From Glaucostegus cemiculus (Eukaryota): 64,000 nt of DNA. The notes beneath the pieces are model-generated. The model was given only the letters and a program-made list of their open reading frames with translations. It searched no databases and was not told the DNA's origin. The translations under genes were made by a program, and so were the position numbers. The stretch lies in the NCBI GenBank assembly GCA_976551045.1, contig CDPCPM010000108.1:7068001-7132000 (forward strand), read 5' to 3'. Positions 1 to 11,610 of this stretch are shown here, one piece after another (the stretch's first letter is position 1; each line of letters begins with the position of its first letter).

Positions 1-385
1 AGCAAGACCTAGACAATTTTCAGGCATGGGTTGGTAAGTAGCAGCCTCCATCACTGGCGCACAGTGGCTGCAGTGTGTATCATTTACCATATTCATTATA
101 TTTACTCATTTAGACAAAACGTCCCAAATTCTCCAGCTGGGAAGGACAGGGAAGTCCCGGCTGGAGAACACCATGGGAACACCACCACCTGCAGGTTATC
201 CTCCAAGTCACAGATTAACCTGTTTTGGCAATATATCACAGGTCCCTCATCATTAGGAACTGCCTATCCAATACCGCTATGTGAGTAATTTAACCAAAGA
301 GTTGCAGCAGTTCAAGAGGTGACTCATACCATTTTTGGATGGGCAATACAAATGGACAATAGATGCTTGCCTTGATGGCAACCCA
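1..385 (+). mobile_element. 3' fragment of a CR1/Jockey-group LINE (same family as 22900-25680)
   Basis: SLHHWRTVAAVCIIY motif, catgggaacaccaccacctgcagg and gcagcagttcaag...gatgggcaat tail are shared with 25060-25680. Confidence 0.75.
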
Positions 386-1140
386 AACCCTAAAAAAATA
401 CATTTTAAAGAAAGATGTTATTGGTTCGTGAAATGGCAGGAGTTTGTGAAGACCTAACCAGTTATAATGCTGCAACATCCAACTCAAAGATCATCTGCTT
501 GGAGGTTCGCCCAGTGCCTATGAAACCATAGTTCATCAGACATGAAAGCACAAGAGGGGGCGAAAATTTAATCTCTCTCAAAAAATCCAAAAATACTGAG
601 AAAGTAATTGTTTAAATTTTAGAGGATATAATCTGAGACAATCAAAAACAACTAAAAATTAACTAAATGGAAGCTCAAGTAACTGAAAATATGGTAGCTG
701 AGAAAGACGATATTAAAAGAATAATTTCATAGAACTCATCTTCGTTGCACCTCTTTCCTCTGTCACATCAGCCTAATTACTCATTTCACTGCAAACATAT
801 TAAGACTTCATAATCCCCAATTTCCATCTTACCTGCTTAGTGAGAATGGAATTGTGGACTGAAGGATGGTGGACATGTAATGGACATTTATCCTAACCCC
901 ACATTGTCCCCACTATGTGGGTTTGGTTAAAATTGGGTATTAAATCTAATTTATATGTTGTATTGATTAGCTTCACTATTTAGAGAAGTCCACAGCAGCC
1001 AGTAGTGCTTCAGGTGGATGTGGATAAATCAAGATTCTAACTGTAATTATAAGAAAATGCACTTTACATTTTCTCTCCTCATTGTACCAAAAAATATAGA
1101 AAGGAGAGTGAAGAGATTGAGAGTCTGCCTGATGACTTAC

Positions 1141-1290
1141 CATTCACGTTCTTGAAAATGTTGAAGATGGGGAGGATTTGTCGATAATAAGGCACTAATG
1201 CCTCGCCCACCATGTCAGCTGATACAACCAGGTGCTGGAGCACTTTCAGCGTGATGCAAATGATTTGCTTATTTCGAGTGTTGAGCGCAT
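1141..1290 (-). CDS. PACRG: PACRG internal coding exon (third in window), 150 bp, phase 1-1
   Basis: Minus strand reads ctgcag|AT GCG CTC AAC...AAC GTG AAT G|gtaagt and translates (N)[49 protein letters not shown], matching PACRG. It is in frame with the 7340-7511 exon (split codon A|AT). Not in the ORF track. Confidence 0.97.
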
Positions 1291-3929
1291 CTGCAGGGAC
1301 AGAAGGGAAGACAGAAGAGAATGATGGGTCTTTGTGAAGAGGAAACTTTAATGGATAAATTTAATTAAATTATTCTCTGCTGGGGATTGCAAGTAGGCCT
1401 TTATTAGCAGAGCTTTGAAGAATTCCAAAGATGGATTGCACCACTGATGTTATAAAACACTGCCTTGTCCTGACTGTTATTTGTTCCCACAATTTGAGCT
1501 GACTCCTCACTAACCCCCAGAATACAGTTCATTTATTCATTTTGCAGACTGCTCACTGCTCCGTCCAAATCACAGCATGTACCATAGGGCTAGTGGAACT
1601 GTGCTAATGTGCAATGTTCCACAACAACAGATACTTTCACTTCAAACAATTGGGCATCTATGTTTTGAGCTTATTACTAAGAAATCATTGAAGGCAGCTC
1701 AATGAATAAATTCTGGAAATCATAGTTTTTTTTGTACAAAGAGGCAAATGTTTGCAAATAATTTGGTAAGCTTCTATTAGTGACAAACAAAAGCATTAAC
1801 ATGCAAACTCATTCTCATATCTATGTGGCAACACATGATTATTCCCTTTTGTACCAATGACCTTTATGAAACATCTTCTGTTGCCTTTGTTTGACAATAA
1901 TCTCACTTTTGTGAATAATAGACTAAATGAACTTTTGTTTCGGGAACAATTTGGCTGTGTTTAAAGGTAAGTATAAAGTCTTTCTATAAGTAACACCTCC
2001 AGATCCAGACCTCCCCCTGCATTCCTTAGCTTGGGAGAACAGCTTACATAGAGACATTCTGATTAAACTTTGAACAAATAGTTGATACATTGAACAATGC
2101 TGTCATTTAAGACGTCAAAACACACCAACACCAATATTACAAAAGATACATTAAATTCTGAAACAATGAATTTTGTTGCAAATCGCTACTTTACTGTATA
2201 CATTTGAAAAATACTTCATTGATTGTTACTGGTACAATAGGTTACTGACCTTTCCAACAATCTCAACGATGAAACATGAATAAAACAATACTTGTATCAA
2301 ACTACTGGCTGGTAGTTTGAGGATAATATTTATATTTTTCAGGGCTCCCATACAGGTTTATAAAAGTAAAAAAAATCTTCAGTTCTGTATGAACATTTTA
2401 TATAACAATGAATATAATTTTATGGAGAAAAATCCTGTTTAAAATGCAAGCTGCAAAAGTAGGCTTGACAGAAACTGCCAACAGAGATAATTAAAGATGA
2501 AGATATAGCTTTCCTGTTTGTGTACTCTTTCTTGATATTGTTGATTTGAACCTGCTGCGCTTTATAGATGAGGAGCTGACCTAAAACAGACAGGAGCCTC
2601 ACGAAGTCAATAAAATTGGGGTTCTATAAAGCCTGTTTAAATTGGGATCTTAGCAGGTGTAGTCACTGTTTTCCAATGATGATGAAATCAGTCTGCAAAC
2701 ATCAAAGCTTCTCTCAGGTGCAAAATTTCCTTGAGGATGGCAACCATGGAATTATATATTAGCAAATGTCAGCACTTTCAAAGTACAAGGAAGAAAATTG
2801 CCAAGAAGAAAAGCACTACGTTGAGGCAAAGTAGAGGTTCTGCATTTTGGCTCAATTTGTACCTTATCTGAGAGCATTTGATACAATAATGTTGCTTAAA
2901 AATGAGAAAAAATGTTACATTTCTTCACAAAGACATTTATCATTATGTCTCACAAATAGAAAAGATATTTTATAAGCCTAAATTATTTTTTTACAAAATC
3001 ATGGATATATGTGAAAATTTTGATTGAAAAGTTATGAAATATTATTGCTTCATTTAATGTAAAAAAACCCAAAAATATATTAAATATATGACAAGAAAAG
3101 CTACCTTAAATGTAACTTTTTTCATGAAAGTTTCATCTTAGGTCTCAAGATTGAACTATGCAAACAAAATAGAATACTGAATTACTAGCAATGTAATAGT
3201 CAATTAGTTACATTAAGTAAAAAAAAGCATAAACAAATATTCTTTTTCAAAAATCTAGCGTTCTCAATCTGGAAAATTTCAACTGACTAAGGATCTATAC
3301 CTTTTGTAAGGAAGTTCCAGACTTCTGCCAGCCTTTATGTGGAAAAGTACTTCCTGTTTCCATTTCTAATTTGAAGGTTATTCCCTTTTGCCCGGGATTC
3401 TGCCATCAACTGAAAGAGGTTCTCTCTTTCTAGCCTATCATTTTGTTACCACTTTGATGAAATCATCCCTCACAAGCTTCAAAACCCTAATTTAAGCAAC
3501 CTGTCTTCATAATTTATTGTTTCAAAATGCAAGTGTTAAGCGGTAGTATCATTCTGGTGTGTGCAATCAATATATTCAATGTCAATATTTATGTTATAGG
3601 TGTCTGGTAAACCTTGCAAATGTTTCAAGCGAATCAGGAACTCACTGACCAAAAGGGTATTGGAGGCAGAAATGTTTCAGTTAAAATGTACCTAGACAGG
3701 CAGTTGAAGAGAAGTAATGTGCGTGTTGCAGATTAAGAATTGGGGAATTAAAAAGCTCCATTTTTGGCTGATATGGAAATAAGGGGCTGGATGCCCCTTT
3801 CTGTGCTGCATATTCCTACAACACTATAATTTGTCACAGTTTTAGGGGAATTGCCTTATTATCTATTAAAGAAAAAACATGACTAATCTATGATAATTTC
3901 CCTCCAAAACAACATCCCAGGTCAGGATT

Positions 3930-5430
3930 GAACATGGGTCTTTACCATCTGCTCCACAGTGCCACTCTCACCCCATTGTGCCTGACACCCCACCTCAGCG
4001 ATGAGCACTGCAAAGGATGAACAGATTAGGGGTTAGAGAGACAATGGACAAGTGAGAATGGGACAAGGGAGGAATAGGTTTCAGTCTGGCCCTGGGTATG
4101 GGAGACCTAGTGCAGGAGATTATTACACTCAGGGATTTGGAGTGGAATCCATGCATCCAGCCAGCCTCAGAAGAGATCCATGATTGGGATGTTGCTGAAG
4201 CAATGCCGGTATGGTTACACAGCAAGATGGTTAGCAAATAGGTGGTGTCAAAGAGCATGGAGCAGTCCATGTCCAAGCTCGAACAGTAGGTTGTGTGGAG
4301 TTAAGCAAACATCTCCTACACTCTCAATGTCATGCATGCTTCTTTGATGGGGATTAGCAACAATCCCATCATATAGTGCCAGCTGGTTCAGGTGAAATCT
4401 GTGAAGTTACAAACAGAAGCCATGCAAAATCTTGCAACTTTTATGCAGTCTCACAGTGATCTATCTGGAGGTTTGTTCCTCAAGAGAAACAGTGATACGA
4501 CACCATGGAACAGCTTGATGTGCTTATTTAGCGGAGAGATGCCACTCGTGAACAGATTGTGGTTCTCAATGGACACATGGATGCTACCTGAAGTATACAT
4601 TAATGCAAATGTACCTTTAAGAACTAAGTGAACAATGTGGAATGACATTTGATGCATTGTTAAAGCAGCCACTACTATTGGTTGAAAGTTGATTGGCTTC
4701 AATAAATGATTTTTTGGTAGCTTGACATTTGCTATTTGCCTTGGTAAACAGTAAGATCAAAGGATCTATGGACACTACACTAGTCATGAGCAACTCAACA
4801 GTTCTCCAGGAGAAAAAGGTGCTGCACATGAACAGGTAACTGAGAACATGACTGCAGAGGTATTGCACATTAGCAGATTGCTCTCCAACAGGAGGAGAGT
4901 TGTGGCATGCAGAAACTTGGCTCTCTTCTTCAGGGCAGTAATGTGACCACTCCCTTCTTCAGGGCACTACTCTCTTCATCGTGAGCAGAGTTCTACTCAA
5001 GTTGTATGTTGAACTGATTATGAAAGAAAGTGAAGAGAACTCAGGGTCCCTCAGCTGGACCAGCTCCAGATGTGGAGGTTGAAACATTGGAGGAATAGAC
5101 TGAGGGCCACAGATCATTACAAGGTTGTCTATCCGGTCCCGAGAGGTTCTCTGGTACCAGTTCAGAACACTGATGTCCCCTTCACGTGGGCACCAAGTCA
5201 ATCCCACCACAGCTTCTCAGGCAGAATGTTACCCATTCATCACATATTACTTTCCCTGGGCAGCAGTCTGAAGCCAACCGATTTAGGGCAAGAGCCACTT
5301 TTGAGTCATCAAAGACATCCATCTAGACGCAAAGGGAAAGGGAGCAAGCAGCTTTCCAGCAGCTACATTGTTGCCACGCAATGTTGCAACATCCTGCTAG
5401 TACCTCAAAACCTACCGATAAGGTAGTGAA
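3930..5430 (+). mobile_element. Probable decayed Harbinger accessory-gene region, interrupted by a solo LTR
   Basis: GC-richer, coding-like decayed sequence lying tail-to-tail with the transposase-like fragment at 5850-6450. No diagnostic motif could be read, so the call is weak. Confidence 0.35.
4294..4800 (+). mobile_element. Solo LTR (507 bp), probably Gypsy-type
   Basis: Begins TGTGGAGTT and ends AACTCAACA (TG...CA, 8/9 inverted termini), has an internal AATAAA near 4701, and is flanked by GTTG/GTTC as a degenerate 4-bp TSD. Confidence 0.65.
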
Positions 5431-5849
5431 ACAGGAAAGACAGTGGTATGTTAAATTTCAGACCACAATGTTATAATTTTCAGTTTTTGTATTAATTGAT
5501 GTTATTGTTGTTTTAAATGATTCATAACACATTAATAGTAGAGTGGGGTAGAGTGTGGGTAGTGAGATTGATTTTGATTTGTTTAAGTCTTCATGGTGAT
5601 TTCTTTTCCCCAATGTGAACATGTCTATCTTCTATTATGTGAGCTAGATCAACAGCTTGCATTTATATTGCAATTTTAACATGGTAAAATAATCCATGAG
5701 CATTATCTCAGATTGACATTGAGCCACATTGTTTGATACTAAGACAGATGATTTTAAAAAAACTAGTTCATTTTAAGGTCTAAGAAGCTGGATGATTAGT
5801 TCCCGTTTTTCAGTAGAAATCATGTGAATATCTATTTATCTCAATGTAG

Positions 5850-6450
5850 ATTCCGCTTGTGATCATTTCCTGGTGCAAAACTGAACCAAGCACTTGTGTG
5901 CACTTCCTACAGCAATGTGCTTGTGTTTTTCCAACATCAAAGGTGCACCAAATGATTTCCCTGTTTATGCTATGTCCACCTTTCTTGACATAAATTGCAG
6001 CTCCAAGGTGCCCTTCACGGTGTATTCTCAATGCAATTACGATCATGTTGCATATCTTGGTGCTTTTATTTCTGAATTTAGGAGACCTTGCTGGACAGCC
6101 TGAGAACTGCAAGGTCCATGGGGATCCAAAACTAACAAGTGGTATATTCTCCAGTATTCAGCTGCTAATATACTCATTTAATATGTGAAACAGAAACAGA
6201 AAATGCTGGAAAAACAACATCAGTGGAAAGCAAAATAGACTTCATGTTTTAGGTTGAAGACTTTACATCAGATAGATTTCCAACATCTGCTGGTTTTTGA
6301 CTTTGAGTCAATGGGTGCCTCAGTGATGAAAATGTTGGCAGCACTTTGTTAGCAACCTTTCTTGGTGAGACATTCCAACAGGTGCTGCACCACTGCCACT
6401 TACCTCTGCACAATGCCAGATGCTATTTGCCCAAAAGAAGATGCATTTGT
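5850..6450 (-). pseudogene. Highly decayed PIF/Harbinger transposase fragment
   Basis: Minus frame IALRIHREGHLGAAIYVKKGGHSINREII resembles Harbinger HVAIRAP...YVNRKGFHSINVQIV. Upstream IASGIVQ...VGMSH resembles FASGSFQ...GISQ. Confidence 0.5.
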
Positions 6451-7339
6451 TGCGTCAATCAGACCCCCAGTTTCTATTCAATACAAATCTGACTTTGTTC
6501 AAATTATGCTGACTGCCCATAGTCTTAATAGAAAAACACTGTGCCTTTAATAAGCAGTCAGAAGGCCACCATGGCAGTCTGTGGGTGAGAATTCGGGTTT
6601 CAATACTGTGCGCTACTTGTATCCCATACTGCTGTACATAACAGGCACAGTGGTGTGGCCTCAAGGTCACTGGAAGGTGCACATCCACAAAAGGTTAGTG
6701 TGACTGTGGGGCGAGCTGGGGGATGGCAGGGGTGGTTTAGCACAATGTCAATGAATCCTTGTCACTGACTCCTTAACCAGAGTAGGTAATCTTCCTTCAT
6801 TCATCCTACTGAAATCCTTTATAATTGTGCAAAATTTAAAATGTATTTTCTTTGCCTTCTTTGCTCCAGCAGTAAAGGTCCTGTTATCTGGCACTTCCTC
6901 AGATCTAAGTAAAGTAGATGTGTCCAGACACAAGCAGAAAGAAACTAGTTTCATTAGATTGTTTATGGTTTCTTAGACGCTAGGGCTTCAATAATATCCC
7001 ACTTGAAAGGTATGTTAAGTGGCTGTAGAGGGATCCCTAGCAGTGGGATATCAGGCAAGCCAGAGGCAGCTCACCACTTAGGATGAAAATGGCACAAAAA
7101 TTGTTTCATGTGGTGAGGGACATGGGACAGGGAGTTTCTTTGTGTGCTCAGGATAGCCTTCATTTCCTGTTACATGAAATATATTACTGAAAGGAAACTC
7201 ATTTGAATCTCTTCCATGGCAGTATTGATAGACCCCACTTGTAAACTTTTTCTTAATTGTGCCAAACACTCAGAGTCCCAAGAGAAAAGCACTGTGACTT
7301 TAATAAGGGGAATATGAAATACTAAATTCAGATCCTTAC

Positions 7340-7511
7340 TTTTTATTGGGATGATAAGCTGAGGAATAACAGGAAGAATCTTCATGCCACCATGTTCCAG
7401 CATGTCATGTATCCCCTGGCGTGCAAAGAAGTCATATGGGTGCATGGTATCACAGAGACCATCAAAAAACAGAGGCAGGTAATGGTGGTAGTCTAATTTC
7501 TCAATCTCCAC
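7340..7511 (-). CDS. PACRG: PACRG internal coding exon (second in window), 172 bp, phase 0-1
   Basis: ttcttgcag|GTG GAG ATT...ATA AAA A|gtaagg; translates [57 protein letters not shown], the hallmark PACRG core. Confidence 0.98.
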
Positions 7512-7819
7512 CTGCAAGAAAATAATGACATCTCAGAGATGTTTCCTAATTATGACAAAAAGACACAAAACCTATTATTCAACAACCTGTTCTTGAGTTA
7601 CATTGAGCAGAAAAAAAAATCTCTTTACCTATTTTAGTGAATGGATGATGTTATTTTTTTCCCAATGGGAGTTGAAACCATTCACCTCAAGTGCAATCTC
7701 TCAATGGGTCAATTTACTGCTGGCAAGTTGCCAACCTATGACCCAACATCAACAAAAAGTATTTACTGAGACTTCCTTAACAGCATTCAACACATAGAAT
7801 ATTGTTTTGCAACATAGCA

Positions 7820-8650
7820 TAAGGACAGGTAGAGACCATTCTGTCTTTGGGCTATTTAATTAGATCACAGTTCATTTATACCTCAAATCCATTCATCTAT
7901 ATCTTTGACCTTACAACCTGTACTATATAAAATGTAAATTTCAAATTTTGAAATTTCCAGTTTTCCCCTACTGTTTTGTGTGAAAACATGTTTTCAAGTT
8001 TCATTCCTAAGAGGCTTAGTTCCAATGTTTCGACTGTGGCCTTTTATTCTGGATCATCCACAGGAGGAAATCGTTCCTACCCTACCAAATCCTCTTGAAT
8101 TGTGAACATTTCATTAAGATAATCTCTAAATCTTCTATAAAGGGAATACCAAATTTATGGAACATCTCTTCAGAATTTAACTGCTTCAGCTCTTGATTGA
8201 TCTCCCTCCAATATATTCTTTGAAGTATAAAACTGTACATAGCATATCTGATGGGGCTCTGCACAAATAGTGTATAACTTCCTGTTTTCTAATATAGCCC
8301 CTTTGTGATGAAGGCTAACATTCAATTAGGCATTGTGATTTCCTTTTTCTTCTTGTTAACTTTTACTTCTTGTTTAGTTAAGTTTTTCTTCTTTACATGT
8401 TTGTTAACCTCAACACTCAAAATCCTGTGCTTTTTTATAATTCCTAAACTTTCACAATTGAGGAAGAACCTCTAATTTGTCTTTTGTGGAGCTAAAGTGG
8501 GTGACCTCACACCTACACTGAATTGCATCAAGAACAGATTTGTCCACTCACTTAATTTGTCAATTTTCTGGAGTTATATGAACAACCGAAAGTACCTTCT
8601 AACTTAGGCCCATCTGCAGAACAAAACATTCCTCATTCAAGTATGAATAC
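7820..8650 (-). mobile_element. Old degenerate CR1 LINE fragment
   Basis: Reverse-complement similarity to the CR1 ORF2 C-terminus and 3' UTR seen at 9721-10573 and 16735-17615; many disabling changes. Confidence 0.55.
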
Positions 8651-9129
8651 AAGGGGCCAATCCAGGTTATGTATTGGTTATCATTTCTTTGCCAATCAGA
8701 ATATGTTACTTTTATCTGTACTCTACTTCCCTTGTCCCAACTAATAATGAGCCAACACAAGATTACTTCCAATTCCACAATCTCTCATTTTTGCTAATAA
8801 TTACCTGTGCAGAACGTTTTCCAAAGCTAATTCCTTCCAGAACTTCTTCCAAAACTAATAACATCCATAGAAACTTCCCTATTCACTATCCTCAAAATAA
8901 TTAAACAAGATTAGTCAAATTAGATTTGAGACCACCACTCCCTAACAGCTTACCGAATCAGCAACCCATCCCGACATCACCTCCCAACTCTTCACCATGG
9001 ATGGAAAATAATGACAATCATACTTTTAACTTCTCCACCTTTTAAACTCCTGGGATAAAATACATGAGGTCCTGGAGATTGATCTATCTACTCTCTGCAG
9101 ATCCTCGCTCACACCAGTTTTCTTGTATC

Positions 9130-9720
9130 TAAAATCCCCTTGAGGCATTGGCCCAACCTATCACTGTAACCTCATCTAGACAAACAAATGTCCAAATACT
9201 CCTAAGGCCAAAATCCAAAAAAAGACTTGTAATTTAAAGAACAGATAGTGAATGGAAGAGCGCAGGAAATCCAACAATTCACTGATAACCACATGCAGAC
9301 TTTTAGGTCTGAACACTAAGGTGCTCCACCCATTAAGAACTGAGAATAGAGGTGAACTCTTCAAGGGCAGAGCACCACCAGAAGGAATACTTCAAAGAAC
9401 TCTTCAACCATTACTCTGTCCTTGAATTGATGGTCTTTAACTCTATTCCACAATAAATTAGATCCAAACACAATAACAAGGTAACGGTCCACCAGACAGC
9501 AGCCCTCCTACATACTTCTGGACTACCTGCTGTAGGAATTTCAAAGCACTGGAGTGATGCCACAAAATTCTCCTTAAAATTCTCCAAAATCCATGAGCTA
9601 ATCAACATCAATGGCTTCTCCTGGGCCAGTAACCCCAGCACTGAAGTCCTAATTACACTCACTCAATTCCAATAGGAAGGTTACATGGTTTAAATGACTG
9701 ACATCAGTCTATTCCAAGCT
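9130..9720 (+). mobile_element. RTE-clade LINE fragment, 5' part, split by a CR1 insertion
   Basis: Decayed frames read KALE*CH, KILQ and PSTEVLITLTQFQ*EG, resembling RTE LExFHQRCLRKILxI...PSIEALITxxQLRWAGH. Confidence 0.65.
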
Positions 9721-10573
9721 AAAAGACAGAGAGTGGTTGTAGATGGAGTGTATTCTGACTGGAAGTTGGTGACCAGTGGTGTTCTGCAGGGATCTGTTCT
9801 GGGACCCCTGCTCTTTGTGATTTTTATAAATGACTTGGATGAGGATGTGAAAGGGTGGGTTTGTAAGTTTGCAGATAACATGAAGGTTGGTGGTGTTGTG
9901 AATAGTGTAAAAGGTTGCTGTAGGTTACAAAAGGACATTGATAGGATGCAGAGCTGGGCTGAGAAGTGGCAGATGGAGTTCAACCCAGAAAAATGTGAAG
10001 CGATACACTTTGGAAAACTGAATTGGTAAGACCACACTTGAAGTATTGTGTTCAGTTCTGGTCACCTCTTTATAGGAAGGATGTGGAAGCTTTAGAGAGG
10101 GTGCAGAGGATATTTACCAGGATGCTGTCTGGATTGGTGAGCATGTTTTATGAGGATAGGTTGAGCGAATTAGGGCTTTTCTCTTTGGAGAGAGGGAGGA
10201 TGAGAGGTGACTTGATAGAGGTGTACAAGATGATAAGAGGCATAGATCGAATGGACAGTCAGAAACTTTTTTCCAGGTCAAAAATGGCTAACATGAGGGG
10301 GTATAATGTTAATTGGAGGAAGGTACAGGGGGGATGTCAGAGGTAAGATTTTTATACAGAAAGTGGTGGTTGTGTGGAACACACTTGCAGCAGTGGTGGT
10401 GAAGGGAGATACATTGGGGGCACTGAAGAGACTCTTAGAAAGTCACATGAATGATAGAAGAATGGAGGGCTGTATGGGAGGGAAGGGTTAGATAGATCTT
10501 AGAGCAGGATAAAATGTCGGCACAACATCGTGGGCCGAAAGGACTGTACTGTGCTGTATGCTCTATGTTCTAT
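9721..10573 (+). mobile_element. CR1 (HER1-type) LINE, 5'-truncated, RT C-terminus and 3' UTR
   Basis: ORFs contain SGVLQGSVLGPLLFVIFINDLD, KFADNMK, VRPHLKYCVQFWSP and RMRGDLIEVYK; tail gggccgaaaggactgtactgtgctgtatgctctatgttctat. Confidence 0.93.
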
Positions 10574-10574
10574 T

Positions 10575-10800
10575 AGAGCAAGAGACTACCTGGTGGGCTG
10601 AGGAATGATTCAATGATGTTCCCAAAACCTCTTTAAAAAGGTGTAATATCCTCACCAATTTATGGCAATCTCTGGCCCATGTCTTCTCAAAATGAAGAAG
10701 GAGCATTCGAGATGGCATTGAGAAGCTTGGGAGTATGCAGAGCTCAGTGTAAATGATGAAGGGAGCACACCATTCAAAGTGCATACTTTATTCCCAGTTC
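10575..10800 (+). mobile_element. RTE-clade LINE fragment, 3' continuation
   Basis: KRLPGG...FNDVPKTSLKRCNI...WQSLAH...RRSIRDG corresponds to RTE C-terminal GGQRKRFKDTLKASLKKCNI. Confidence 0.7.
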
Positions 10801-11499
10801 ACTTAATACCAACTCACACTGGATGCCCTTTTTAACTTGAGCTCTTACACGTAACCACCCTACTGGAACATTGCCTAACATTTTGATGGCACTTAAATAT
10901 GAAACCTCAATCTGCTAATCCATGAGAGAATTCTGCTGCACTTAGTTTGAAACTTTACCACCAGTAGCAATGAAAGGATTCTTCAAGAATGAGATTAAAA
11001 ATCTTTGAGATCATTTAGGTCTGTGGCTGGTGGTAACGTTGAGAGTGGGAAATCCAAAAGTTTCATGGTTGATTTGAGAATAAGAAGAAGATTAGTCCTG
11101 TTCACACTGGACCATTTGGCTGGGGAATATTAACAGGTTATGGAGATGTAAATTGAAGGAATAACTTAAATACAAGGACAAAATAGCTTATGAAGGGATG
11201 GAATGAAGAGGCTGTTAAGTGGTGAAGAGTGGCCTTAAGGTTAGAAATATCCAGAGTAAAACTTTGTCTGAAAAGGGATTACAATAACACAAATTCCTAC
11301 ACTTGCTTTTTTGCATGAGTATGCTCTGATTAAGTGAGTGCTTCATTTTGTATCAAGGAACAATGTTTTGGTTTTGGCACTCACTGATTGGCCATCCTTT
11401 AATATATCCCATTAGATTCCAAGAAAAGAAAAAATCATGCAGAGTACAGAGGGATATTGAAATGATCATTCTATACCAGTTGAAGTTTAAGGAAATGAA

Positions 11500-11610
11500 A
11501 ATGTAAAAACTGCTGATGCTGGAAATCTGAAATTAAAAAGAATTGCTGGAAAGACTCAGCCAGTCGGGCAGTAGTTTTACTTTCCACAGATGCTGCCCAA
11601 AGTATTGATT
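11500..11610. repeat. Short palindromic relic of a Penelope-like element terminus
   Basis: gatgctggaaatctgaaa...tgctggaaagactcagccagtcgggcag followed by its inverse ttccacagatgctgcc; same motif as 35915-35990 and 36600-36677. Similar relics near 6190-6300, 14930-15110 and 25990-26110. Confidence 0.6.
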
